The notes beneath the pieces are model-generated. The model was not told where the DNA came from. It worked only from the letters and a program-made list of their open reading frames with translations, and ran no database searches. A DNA stretch of 64,000 nucleotides, from the NCBI GenBank assembly GCA_031411295.1, contig JANOAV010000010.1:25367-89366 (forward strand). The letters are read 5' to 3'. The DNA comes from Verrucomicrobiales bacterium (GTDB lineage: Bacteria > Verrucomicrobiota > Verrucomicrobiia > Verrucomicrobiales > V1-33). The position numbers and the translations under genes were made by a program. Below, piece after piece: positions 9,645 to 18,448 of the stretch (position 1 is the first letter of the stretch; each line of letters opens with the position of its first letter).

Positions 9645-11039
9645 CTACTTCAGCAACTCCGCAGGGATCTTCGCATCCTTCACTTTGACCTCGGCATTGG
9701 CACCAGCATCGATCCACCATTTGATCAAGTTGAGTTCCTTGTCGGTGAGTTGGGGCTTTTTGGCTGGGGGCATGTGTTCATCCTGGTCTTTGGGGAGCAG
9801 GGCGCGCTTCACGATGGCACTGTCAGCGCTCTTGCTAACAACGACCGCGGGCTCTTTTTCCTGGTCTTCGCCACCTTTCATGAGGCTGGCGAAGTCATGC
9901 AGGGCAAACTTTCCTTTTTGCTTTTCTGCTCCGTGGCAACCGACGCATTTTTCTTTGAAGATCGGCTGGATGACCGCCACGAAGGCTGGTGCTTCTTGAT
10001 CCAAGGGGGCTGGTGCGGGCGGGGGCACAACCGTGACTGGTGGCGGGGTGGGCGCTCCCACGACGTTTTCCCAGCCGAGATTGATGATGAGCTTGGGGAG
10101 TTTCACGCGCAGGGCTTCGGCGGCGGGCTTGGTGACCCCAGTTTGCCAGGCGTAGAGGGTTTTCAGGTTGGTGAGTTTCTCCAACTTGGCCAGGGCGGCA
10201 TCGGTGATCTTGGTGCCGTAGAAATTGAGGTATTCCAATTTAGCCAGTCCACCCAGCGCGTCGATCCCAGCATCGGTTAGAGTAGTATTCTCCAAACGCA
10301 AGCGGGTGAGGTTTTTCATGGCTCCGACGGTGGCCATGCCAGCATCGGTAATCTTGCTGCGGCCGAGGTTCAGATCGGTAAAACGATCGGCAATCCCCGC
10401 AAACTTCGCCAGCATGGCATCGTCGAATTTATCGGCCACGTTGATGACGTTGAAAGTCAGACCAGCATCATTTTGCGCCACTTGCAGGATGGGGCTGCCG
10501 ATTTCCTTTTCCAAAGCGATGACTTTTTCATCCCGGGCATTCACCGGCGGGGCCACGACCGGAGCAGCGGCGGGGCCCGCCGCCAGGACGTAGGTCTCTT
10601 TGGCTTTGGCCATCACCAGTTCTTTCAGCTCGGCGGGCGGATTCGCATCCTTCACTTTGACGTTTTTGTCCGCTCCTGCGTCCACCCACCATTTGAGAAG
10701 ATTAATTTCTTCTGGTGTCAGTTGCTTCTTATCCTTCGGTGGCATGTGGTCATCGTGATCCAGCGCCAGCGCCAAGCGCACTAACATTTCACTGCCGGCG
10801 GCATTCTTGGGCACGATGGATGGCTTGTCGCTCTCACCTGGCTTCAGGGCGGCTTCGTAGGTGTCCATGCGTAGTTTACCCTTCTGCTTGGTGGGCCCGT
10901 GGCAAGCGATACAACGGCTGGCGAAGATGTTCTGCACGACGCCCTCATAGACCGTCTTGTCTTCTGGGGCAGGGTCGGCGGACCAAGCAACGGAGGAGAG
11001 CAGGATGGAGGCGACGTAGGAAAGGTGAGTGAATTTCAT
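9645..11039 (-). CDS. Di-heme protein: planctomycete cytochrome c - leucine-rich repeat - cytochrome c
   Basis: CIACH and CVGCH, each followed by HMPP...WW(V/I)DAGA; central LRR (LNLGRSKITDAG, LRLENTTLTDAG, LNFYGTKITDA). Confidence 0.88.
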   Translation of the reverse strand: MKFTHLSYVASILLSSVAWSADPAPEDKTVYEGVVQNIFASRCIACHGPTKQKGKLRMDTYEAALKPGESDKPSIVPKNAAGSEMLVRLALALDHDDHMPPKDKKQLTPEEINLLKWWVDAGADKNVKVKDANPPAELKELVMAKAKETYVLAAGPAAAPVVAPPVNARDEKVIALEKEIGSPILQVAQNDAGLTFNVINVADKFDDAMLAKFAGIADRFTDLNLGRSKITDAGMATVGAMKNLTRLRLENTTLTDAGIDALGGLAKLEYLNFYGTKITDAALAKLEKLTNLKTLYAWQTGVTKPAAEALRVKLPKLIINLGWENVVGAPTPPPVTVVPPPAPAPLDQEAPAFVAVIQPIFKEKCVGCHGAEKQKGKFALHDFASLMKGGEDQEKEPAVVVSKSADSAIVKRALLPKDQDEHMPPAKKPQLTDKELNLIKWWIDAGANAEVKVKDAKIPAELLK

Positions 11040-11181
11040 AGACTTTGGTAGATGTTGACCAATCAACGCGGGAACTGGCTTCTCGTCAAGTTACGTGGGT
11101 TCGTGGAAATCCATGCCATTTGGGTGATGGTTAGGCGTGGATCCACTCATTTTGTCCGCTGAAAATATTCGCCAAAATTTC

Positions 11182-11210
11182 TGAAACTCGGTATCGGCGT
11201 TCCGCAGAGA
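11182..11210 (+). promoter_or_regulatory. ECF-sigma-type promoter TGAAAC-N15-CGCAGAGA (copy 1)
   Basis: Same boxes and spacing recur at 15069-15097 (+) and 18348-18376 (-); lies 66 bp before the 11277 ATG. Confidence 0.75.
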
Positions 11211-11276
11211 TTTCCCCAGAGGCGGAGCGTTCGGCCCCGACCCACCCTAGTTCTGTCACTCCACCAATTGCCACTT

Positions 11277-13232
11277 ATGACTCACTCGCCTTGTCACCTT
11301 TCCGTCCTCGCCATCGCTCTTGGTGGCATTTTAAGCGCCACTGCAGCGTGGGGCCAAACCGATGCGTTCACTTACCAGGGACGGCTGGAGCGCAATGGCA
11401 CGCCGTTTACTGGCACCGCCAATCTGCAACTCAAAGTCATGGACGCCCTCACCGCAGGGACCGCCCTCGCCACGACCGCTGGCACCTATACGATCGTCAA
11501 TGGTCAGTTTACGGTCACGTTTACCGCCGTGCCGGCCAGCGTGTTCAACGGCAATCCGCGCTGGGTGGAAATCGGCGTGGATGACCCGGATGTGGCGGGC
11601 ATTTCCTATGTGCCGATGACTCCCCGCCAACCAGTCACGGCCACGCCTTATGCCATGCGGGCGAACACAGCGGCCACCGCCACGACGATTACGGGAAATT
11701 TACCGACCTCCCAACTGACCGGCACGATCAATCCCTCCATTCTCAACACCGGCACCACCACCGGCACGATGACTTTCAGCCCGGCCAGCGGGGCTCCCTT
11801 TGCGGTCGGCAGCACCACGAAGGTTGTGAGCTTAAATGCAGACCTGCTGGACGGGTTAGACTCCAATGTTTTTCTCCAGAAGAGCGGCGGAACCATGACC
11901 GGAAATCTCAGCATCGCCCCTCCGGCGGCCCTGGATTTTGGGAGCACGACGAGGCAGATGCTCAGCCTCTTCGGGAGTTCTTTCGGCATCGGCGTGCAGA
12001 CCGGGACGCTGTATCAGCGGACGAATAGCGATTTCTCCTGGTTCAAAGGGGGCGTGCATAGCGACCTGCAGAATACACCGGGCGCGGGCGGGGTGGAAAC
12101 GATGCGGTTAGGGTCAAATGGCACGTTGTCGGTGGTCGGGAGTCAAGCTGGATTCATTACCACCAACCGCGCAGACGTTAGCAAGTTCTGGCAAGTTTAC
12201 GCCGATGGCGCGACGACCAGCGATAGCCTGCGTATCTGGAGCACAGTGACCGGGGACCGGGTCACGGTGAAACAGAATGGCGATATGGCGGTCGTGGGGG
12301 AGATTACCGCGCCCGCCGCCACCATCACTAGCACCGGGAGTAGCACTGCGATCAACGCGCTCTATAACGGCAGTGCGAATGGCATCGGGGTTTATGCTTA
12401 CTCCGCCAGCACGACGGGGTTCCCCATTTTTGGTCAATCGGTTAACGGGGGCTATGGCTCGAAATTTGTTGCCAACGGTGCCAGCGGCTGGGCGGTCTAT
12501 GGCGTGAGCGATACCGGATTTGCCGGGCGTTTTGAAGGGAAAGTCTCCATTACCGGAGCCACCACGATCGGTTCCACCCTAGACGTGGCCAACCCCGTAA
12601 CTTCCACGGGTGGACAGGCGGGATTCGTGGCCAAGAATCGCAATGATCAAAGTAAACAATGGGTCACCTACGCCCGCAATGGTGGAGGCATTGATCAATT
12701 GGCATTCTATAGCAGCACTGCAGGATTCGATGTGGCCTCTCTTTCTCCAAACGGAGACATGTATCTGGTTGGAGCCCTTTCCACCACCGTGCTGACGATT
12801 CGGGGCGGAGCGGATGTCGCGGAGCCATTTCCCATGTCTAAAACAAACGCCTCGGAGGACTTGGAACCCGGCAGTGTCGTGGTCATCGATGCCGAGCATC
12901 CGGGAAAACTAAAGTTGAGCACGGAAGCCTACGACACTCGGGTGGCCGGCATCATCAGCGGGGCTGGCGGCGTTAAGCCGGGGCTGCGCCTGCATCAAGA
13001 AGGCGTCATGGAGGGAGATGAACATGTGGCGCTAAGCGGCCGGGTCTATGTGAAAGCGAATGCCGACCACGGGCCCATCAGACCGGGGGATTTATTGACC
13101 ACTTCAGAGAAGCCGGGACACGCCTCCAAAGTGATGGACCATGCCAAATCTCAAGGTGCCATTCTGGGCAAGGCCATGAGCAGCCTGGATGAAGGCACCG
13201 GCTTGGTGCTGGTGCTCGTGACCTTGCAATAA
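11277..13232 (+). CDS. Secreted tail-fibre-like protein with FTYQGRL N-domain and C-terminal peptidase G2/IMC-like chaperone domain
   Basis: Signal peptide; AFTYQGRL; PRQPVTATPYA; LNADLLDGLDS; Gly/Thr-rich beta repeats; C-terminal GADVAE...VALSGRVYVK...PGDLLTTS...LGKAM. Confidence 0.75.
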   Translation: MTHSPCHLSVLAIALGGILSATAAWGQTDAFTYQGRLERNGTPFTGTANLQLKVMDALTAGTALATTAGTYTIVNGQFTVTFTAVPASVFNGNPRWVEIGVDDPDVAGISYVPMTPRQPVTATPYAMRANTAATATTITGNLPTSQLTGTINPSILNTGTTTGTMTFSPASGAPFAVGSTTKVVSLNADLLDGLDSNVFLQKSGGTMTGNLSIAPPAALDFGSTTRQMLSLFGSSFGIGVQTGTLYQRTNSDFSWFKGGVHSDLQNTPGAGGVETMRLGSNGTLSVVGSQAGFITTNRADVSKFWQVYADGATTSDSLRIWSTVTGDRVTVKQNGDMAVVGEITAPAATITSTGSSTAINALYNGSANGIGVYAYSASTTGFPIFGQSVNGGYGSKFVANGASGWAVYGVSDTGFAGRFEGKVSITGATTIGSTLDVANPVTSTGGQAGFVAKNRNDQSKQWVTYARNGGGIDQLAFYSSTAGFDVASLSPNGDMYLVGALSTTVLTIRGGADVAEPFPMSKTNASEDLEPGSVVVIDAEHPGKLKLSTEAYDTRVAGIISGAGGVKPGLRLHQEGVMEGDEHVALSGRVYVKANADHGPIRPGDLLTTSEKPGHASKVMDHAKSQGAILGKAMSSLDEGTGLVLVLVTLQ

Positions 13233-13251
13233 CCTTCCCACCTTCCAAGTT

Positions 13252-14457
13252 ATGAAACTCTGCTTTTCGCTACTGGGGCTTACCCTCGCCCTCATCAGCC
13301 CTCACACCCTGCGCGCTCAGGAGCCGTTCGATAAATTCATTTATTTGGATGTTTCTTTGAAAATGATCGTCAATCCGGCCACTGGCAGCGTTCCTACCAC
13401 CAGCGTTTTCAGAGACGGTGCCAATAACCCGCTCCCCCTCACGACCAACGACGCCAATCTTAGGCAGGCTTTCGTGCTGATGAACCGCTGGCTTGCACAG
13501 ACCTGGCGCGGCTATCGGGTGCGGTTGGTCGATCTCGTGAATCCAACTTCCGCAGACCCCACCTTCAAGCGGATTGGGTCACTGGGAGATACTACCGGAC
13601 CCGGGAAATGGTTCCTGTCCGACTTGAAGAACCAAGATCCCGATACGGTGAATGCAGCATTCGAAGTGGCCGCCAAGGCCAATAAAGCCGCCTTTGCCTG
13701 GAACGACAATGCGGTGAATATCTACGTCAACGACGGTCCCTGGTCCCGCGCGAACTTCCCCTGGAGTGGGGCCGATAATGTGATTACCGGATACACCCTC
13801 ATCTCCTTCGACGGTGGGCCCGAAAATTATCAGACCAACAATTACAAGATCGCTGGCAACCTCCTCCATGAATTGGGCCATTTTTACGGGCTAGCCCATA
13901 CCTTTGGGGGGGCCGATACTGGTTTAGGGGACGATGGCTTTACCGACACCGCAGACGATTTGGGGAACCAGGGCGGACGCAACGAAACCGTAGTCCGCAA
14001 TGCCCTCGCCCAAGCCAATTGGCAACAGGACTACAGCGCCCTCACCTCTGATCGGAAAACGCTGGTGGATAACACCGTCAACAATGGGATGTCCTATTAT
14101 CAGCTCTTCTACGACGATCCCGCGCAGAGCAAGGTGCTCACAGACGCCGAGCGCTTCGGTCCCACGCGTTTCCTCTTTACCGAGCTGCAGATGGATACCT
14201 GGGCAGACTACGCCAATGCTGGACGCAAGCCCGGGACCTCGGGTTCCACGCGCTTCGTGGAAGCTTCGGCGGGCACCGGTGGGACTGGCACCAGCCTGGA
14301 TCCCTACCATCCCCTTTCTAATGCCATCACGAACGCCAGCACCTTGCAGAAAGACATCCTCATGCTCCGCCCCGGCACCTACACCGCCGCCACCCTCAAC
14401 AAACCCATGACCATCCGCGCGACTCGCAATGGCCCTGCCATCATTCAAAAGCCATGA
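13252..14457 (+). CDS. Secreted zinc metallopeptidase (metzincin, M43-like)
   Basis: Signal peptide; HELGHFYGLAH (HExxHxxGxxH); NNGMSY Met-turn; C-terminal GTGTSLDPY/LRPGTY module. Confidence 0.8.
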   Translation: MKLCFSLLGLTLALISPHTLRAQEPFDKFIYLDVSLKMIVNPATGSVPTTSVFRDGANNPLPLTTNDANLRQAFVLMNRWLAQTWRGYRVRLVDLVNPTSADPTFKRIGSLGDTTGPGKWFLSDLKNQDPDTVNAAFEVAAKANKAAFAWNDNAVNIYVNDGPWSRANFPWSGADNVITGYTLISFDGGPENYQTNNYKIAGNLLHELGHFYGLAHTFGGADTGLGDDGFTDTADDLGNQGGRNETVVRNALAQANWQQDYSALTSDRKTLVDNTVNNGMSYYQLFYDDPAQSKVLTDAERFGPTRFLFTELQMDTWADYANAGRKPGTSGSTRFVEASAGTGGTGTSLDPYHPLSNAITNASTLQKDILMLRPGTYTAATLNKPMTIRATRNGPAIIQKP

Positions 14458-14897
14458 AACGACAACTGCTGATCTCTGGTAGCCTAACAGGCTTTATTTC
14501 CATGGCGCTGGCCGCCTTCGATGTCCCCTGGCAAACCTTGGATGGCGGTGGCGGCGTGAGTTCCGCCGCCGTCGGAGCGTCCACCTGGGCCGTTACCGGA
14601 ACCATCGGCCAGTCCGATGCCCACGCCGCCAGCAGCGTAGGTTCCACCTTCTCCGTCAGCGATGGCTACTGGGCCGCAGTGGTGCCTTCCGCCAATGGTC
14701 CGGCCTTGGCGATCACGAAATCCGGCCCCAACGCCATTGTGAGTTGGGGCGCGGATGCCGTGGGCTATCAATTAGAACAGTCACCCAACCTCCAAAGCTG
14801 GAGCGCGGTGGGAAATGTCATTACCTCGGCCGGCCAGATCAGCGTGACGCCAGGGCCAGGCACCCCAAAATTGTTCTTCCGCCTCAAGCTGCCTTAA
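14454..14897 (+). CDS. Small secreted protein (WxTLDGGGG...GTIGQ family) with C-terminal FFRL-type domain
   Basis: ATGA-coupled to the upstream gene; WQTLDGGGG, GTIGQSDA, DGYW; ends YQLEQSPNLQSW...KLFFRLKLP. Confidence 0.78.
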   Translation: MKRQLLISGSLTGFISMALAAFDVPWQTLDGGGGVSSAAVGASTWAVTGTIGQSDAHAASSVGSTFSVSDGYWAAVVPSANGPALAITKSGPNAIVSWGADAVGYQLEQSPNLQSWSAVGNVITSAGQISVTPGPGTPKLFFRLKLP

Positions 14898-15068
14898 GCC
14901 AAAGCCTCACCTCCGCCCAAAAAATGAACCGCCCCCAGTGCGTTGCATTCCCAGAGAATATTCCCCCCTAGTAGATCCGCAGATCCCACACTGGGGACGG
15001 CTCAGCATTTCCCCACTGTGTAATTCGGATTTTTTTCGGAAACGTTACAAACTTTCTGCAATTATTTT

Positions 15069-15097
15069 TGAAACACCGGTTTTGGGGTTCGCAGAGA
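15069..15097 (+). promoter_or_regulatory. ECF-sigma-type promoter TGAAAC-N15-CGCAGAGA (copy 2, orphan/antisense)
   Basis: Exact boxes and spacing; followed by ATG at 15101 (20 codons) and points into the 3' end of the kinase gene. Confidence 0.65.
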
Positions 15098-15142
15098 CTT
15101 ATGACAGCGAGCTTGCTCGCGCCACTACGCCATCCCCTCCGC

Positions 15143-18100
15143 TCACTGCCCCAACTTCTGTAACACCGACTGGAGCGACGGCAAAACTTTCATGGAATCC
15201 ACGCGCTCCATGGCCGCCGCGGGGGGTGGGGGCAGCGGTGGGGCCGGCCAGTCTAAATGAAGTTTCCCCAAGGCATCGCGCAATTTTCGGAAGTCCCAAA
15301 GCTGAATATTGTGCTGACTACCATTGATGGCCAGGCGGGATCCTGCATAGTCCAACGCCAGCCAGCCAATGGCCCGGGCATCCGGGTGCTCAATCGTGGC
15401 GAGTGGGTTCCCGGTGGCAGGATCGAATAAGTCCACGCCATGCGACGAGCGTGATACCGCCAACAGGGTGCCATTTCCCGCGAGAGCGACAAATTGATGG
15501 ACGTGAATCGGGCTGGGGTTGCGCCGGGTCCAACGCGTAGTCCACGTCTCCACTTCCCATGCTGCGAGGCCATCCAGACTGGCCGTGTAGAGCGTCTTGC
15601 TGTCCGGACTGAAGACCATGTAACAAGTGCGCGTGTTGGGCAATCGCTGCACCATTGTCTTCGTCTGCAAATCCCACACAAACGCCAATTCCTGCGGCTG
15701 CGTCCACGAAGCCGCCACGGCCCAACGCCCATCAGCGCTTTGCGCTACGGCATTGACCGGAATGCCGGGCACGGCCAATCGTTCCGGGACGGGATTTTTA
15801 TCTCGGATCGGCAGGATGGTGAGATCATCCCCCAGACTCATCGCGATCACCCCACTCGTGGGGCACTGACTGAAGCGCGGGATGCTCGGTTCCGCCTTAA
15901 ATATTGTTTCTGGCAGGGACAGGGCCCATAAGCCCGGGGCAGGATTGGCCAACCCACACCGCAGCAATCCCTTGCCGGGAGCGGAAATCAGGAACCCATC
16001 TCCTTTCGGCGTGAAATTTACCGCATCGACCAGCCCGGTATTCAGCCAAGCTAAACGTCGCCCATCTGCTGCCGCCAACACGGCGGTGCCCAGCGCACCG
16101 CCCACGACTACCAGGCGCCCATCTGGCGAGAGATCCACGCCCCAAGGGCCGCGCTGGGCTTCCGCATCCGGGTCTGGACGCGGCAAGGCCACATGACGCA
16201 CGACGACTGGCACGGTTAGGGCATAGCGCACAATTTCCTCCCGCCGGGTCTCGCGCAGAAACAAGTGGGCTCCATCTTGAGTGAATTGCACGAAATCCCC
16301 CGTGCCCGTAGCCACCAGCCCGGCGCGCCCACTGGAGGCCTCCCAGAGCCTCAACGTGTTATCAAAGGAAACCGTCGCCAACCACTCTCCACTGGGATGC
16401 CACGCCACCCCCTGCACCTCTGCGTGGTGCCCAGTCAGCCGGCGCAAGAATGGCTTGGGGCCGTCCAGATACCACACACAAACGTCCGGCACCCCACTGG
16501 CAATCGCAATGGCCCGACTATCCGGACGCCATGCCACGGTCTGAAACCAATCGTTGTGCCCATACGGAGTCTCCAATCGATGCACCACCTTGCCACTGTT
16601 GGCATTGATGATTTCCACCATCCCTTGTCCCTTCGTCACCACCGCCAGCAACTTTCCGTCCGGACTGAACGCTAATGGAGCAGGCGAAGTGAAGGAGGAA
16701 ATGAACCGTTTCTGCTCTACTGGCTGTTGCCAGCGATCGATCACCAAATTTGTCGTCCCCTGCTCTCCGTAAGCAATCCATTGGCCATCAGGCGAAAAAA
16801 CGAGCCCCCAGACGGCCCCGTAATGTTTTTCGGCCCAGGACTTGGAGGCCAGTTGCCAAAGATGATAGGAAGATCCGGCGCATTGGACTAACAGCGCGTT
16901 GCCATCACTACCAAACGACACTGCGTTGGCACATTTTAGCCCCACTGGAGGAGGGATAATTTCATCAGGGCCGCCGGCGGATGAGCGCAGGCAAAGCTGC
17001 CCAGCCACAACCTCCGCCACGCGGGTGCCATCCGGGGAAATGGCTGTCCAACTGCGCTGATGGTAGGGCTGGCGATTCTTTTCCTGGCAGCCCGGGGTGG
17101 CCAGCAGGGTGATCGCATCATTACGCAGTGCCAGGCTCTCTCCCAACTCCGCAGCAGCGCTCACCGCCCGCAGACCCGCCTCTCGTAAATCATACTGCCC
17201 ACTCTGCCGGAGGGCATGAACTTCCGCCGTGACGGCTTCCAGCGCGGTTTGCCGCAGGGAAACGTTGGCCCGTTGTTGCAGGACCACGCCAACGATCAAG
17301 GCCGCAGCCAGCAAACCACTCAGCAGCGTGAGCGCAGGATGCCGCCGCGCATACCGCCACACCCGTTCCGCCGTGGACACGGGCCGTGCGGTAATCGCGT
17401 TACCTTCCAGCCACCGTCGGAGATCGGCCGCCAAAGCTGCGGCCGATTCGTATCGTCGCACCGGATCCTTCGCCAAGCAGGCATGGGCGATCGTCGCCAA
17501 ATCCCGTGGCACCCCTAACTTTCTCAGCGGGGCCGGTTCCGTCTCCGCAATTTCCCGCAGCAACGCAGGTAAATTTTCCGCCTGAAACGGCGGAGCCTGC
17601 GCCAGGACCTCATACAACACTGCCCCCAGGCTATAGACATCACTCCGCACCGTAGCGGCGCGCGCATTGCTGGCGGCAATCTCTGGAGCTAAGTATTGCG
17701 GTGTGCCCAGCATGGCCGCCGAGCGGGTCAGGTTGCTGTCGGTGTTGGCAATTTTCACCAGCCCAAAATCCGCCACATAAGCGCGATCCTCTGCATCGAA
17801 CAAAATATTTCCCGGCTTCAGATCCCGATGGAGCACGCCATGATTGTGCGCGTGCGCCACCGCATCTGCGATCCCGGCCACCAGTTCCGCAATCTCCCGC
17901 CATTTCCCCGCATAGGCCGCCCGACGCGACGACAACGTGCCCCCGGACGCTAACTTCATCGTAAAAAATGGCACTCCCGCCCATTCTCCAAACTGATGCA
18001 GTGGCAGAATTCCCGGATGATTCAAATCCGCCATGGCGCGGGCTTCCAGCCGGAACCGCTCCCGCAGTTCTTCGGTGATCATTTGCGGCAGCAGCATCTT

Positions 18101-18337
18101 CACGGCCACCTCGCGCGCAGGGGCTAACTGCCGTGCCTGATAAACGATCCCCATCCCGCCCCGTGCCAGTTCCCGTAAATTTTCATGCCCCGGAATCGTG
18201 AATGCCGTGTCCTGCTGCGGTCGCATTTCCAGAGGTTCCACCACCATCCCCCGCATCAAACAACGCGGACACAACCCCCGCAGCCGCCCTGCGGAGAGGG
18301 CGGAGCCACAAGCAAGGCACAACGTGGAGGCAGACAT
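15143..18337 (-). CDS. Ser/Thr protein kinase with WD40 beta-propeller repeats
   Basis: N-terminal CxxC...CxxC; ARGGMGIVY, VAVK, HRDLKPGN, DFG, GTPQYLAPE; TM segment; many FSPDG/WD repeats (LTGHHAEVQGVAWHPSG). Confidence 0.95.
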   Translation of the reverse strand: MSASTLCLACGSALSAGRLRGLCPRCLMRGMVVEPLEMRPQQDTAFTIPGHENLRELARGGMGIVYQARQLAPAREVAVKMLLPQMITEELRERFRLEARAMADLNHPGILPLHQFGEWAGVPFFTMKLASGGTLSSRRAAYAGKWREIAELVAGIADAVAHAHNHGVLHRDLKPGNILFDAEDRAYVADFGLVKIANTDSNLTRSAAMLGTPQYLAPEIAASNARAATVRSDVYSLGAVLYEVLAQAPPFQAENLPALLREIAETEPAPLRKLGVPRDLATIAHACLAKDPVRRYESAAALAADLRRWLEGNAITARPVSTAERVWRYARRHPALTLLSGLLAAALIVGVVLQQRANVSLRQTALEAVTAEVHALRQSGQYDLREAGLRAVSAAAELGESLALRNDAITLLATPGCQEKNRQPYHQRSWTAISPDGTRVAEVVAGQLCLRSSAGGPDEIIPPPVGLKCANAVSFGSDGNALLVQCAGSSYHLWQLASKSWAEKHYGAVWGLVFSPDGQWIAYGEQGTTNLVIDRWQQPVEQKRFISSFTSPAPLAFSPDGKLLAVVTKGQGMVEIINANSGKVVHRLETPYGHNDWFQTVAWRPDSRAIAIASGVPDVCVWYLDGPKPFLRRLTGHHAEVQGVAWHPSGEWLATVSFDNTLRLWEASSGRAGLVATGTGDFVQFTQDGAHLFLRETRREEIVRYALTVPVVVRHVALPRPDPDAEAQRGPWGVDLSPDGRLVVVGGALGTAVLAAADGRRLAWLNTGLVDAVNFTPKGDGFLISAPGKGLLRCGLANPAPGLWALSLPETIFKAEPSIPRFSQCPTSGVIAMSLGDDLTILPIRDKNPVPERLAVPGIPVNAVAQSADGRWAVAASWTQPQELAFVWDLQTKTMVQRLPNTRTCYMVFSPDSKTLYTASLDGLAAWEVETWTTRWTRRNPSPIHVHQFVALAGNGTLLAVSRSSHGVDLFDPATGNPLATIEHPDARAIGWLALDYAGSRLAINGSQHNIQLWDFRKLRDALGKLHLDWPAPPLPPPPAAAMERVDSMKVLPSLQSVLQKLGQ

Positions 18338-18347
18338 GTTCAGAAGT

Positions 18348-18376
18348 TCTCTGCGGAAACCAGAGCCGAAGTTTCA
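18348..18376 (-). promoter_or_regulatory. ECF-sigma-type promoter TGAAAC-N15-CGCAGAGA (copy 3)
   Basis: Minus-strand copy ending 10 nt before the kinase ATG (18337). Confidence 0.75.
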
Positions 18377-18448
18377 GCATTTTGCACCTGAAGTTTACCA
18401 GCCACGAGACATCGGCGGCTGGGCGAACCTTCTGCCTTCCCTGCGAAT

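Noticed and set aside
11277..13232. Prophage or tailocin interpretation of the fibre-like gene
   Set aside because: No capsid, tail tube/sheath, baseplate, integrase or lysis genes, and the protein has a Sec signal peptide
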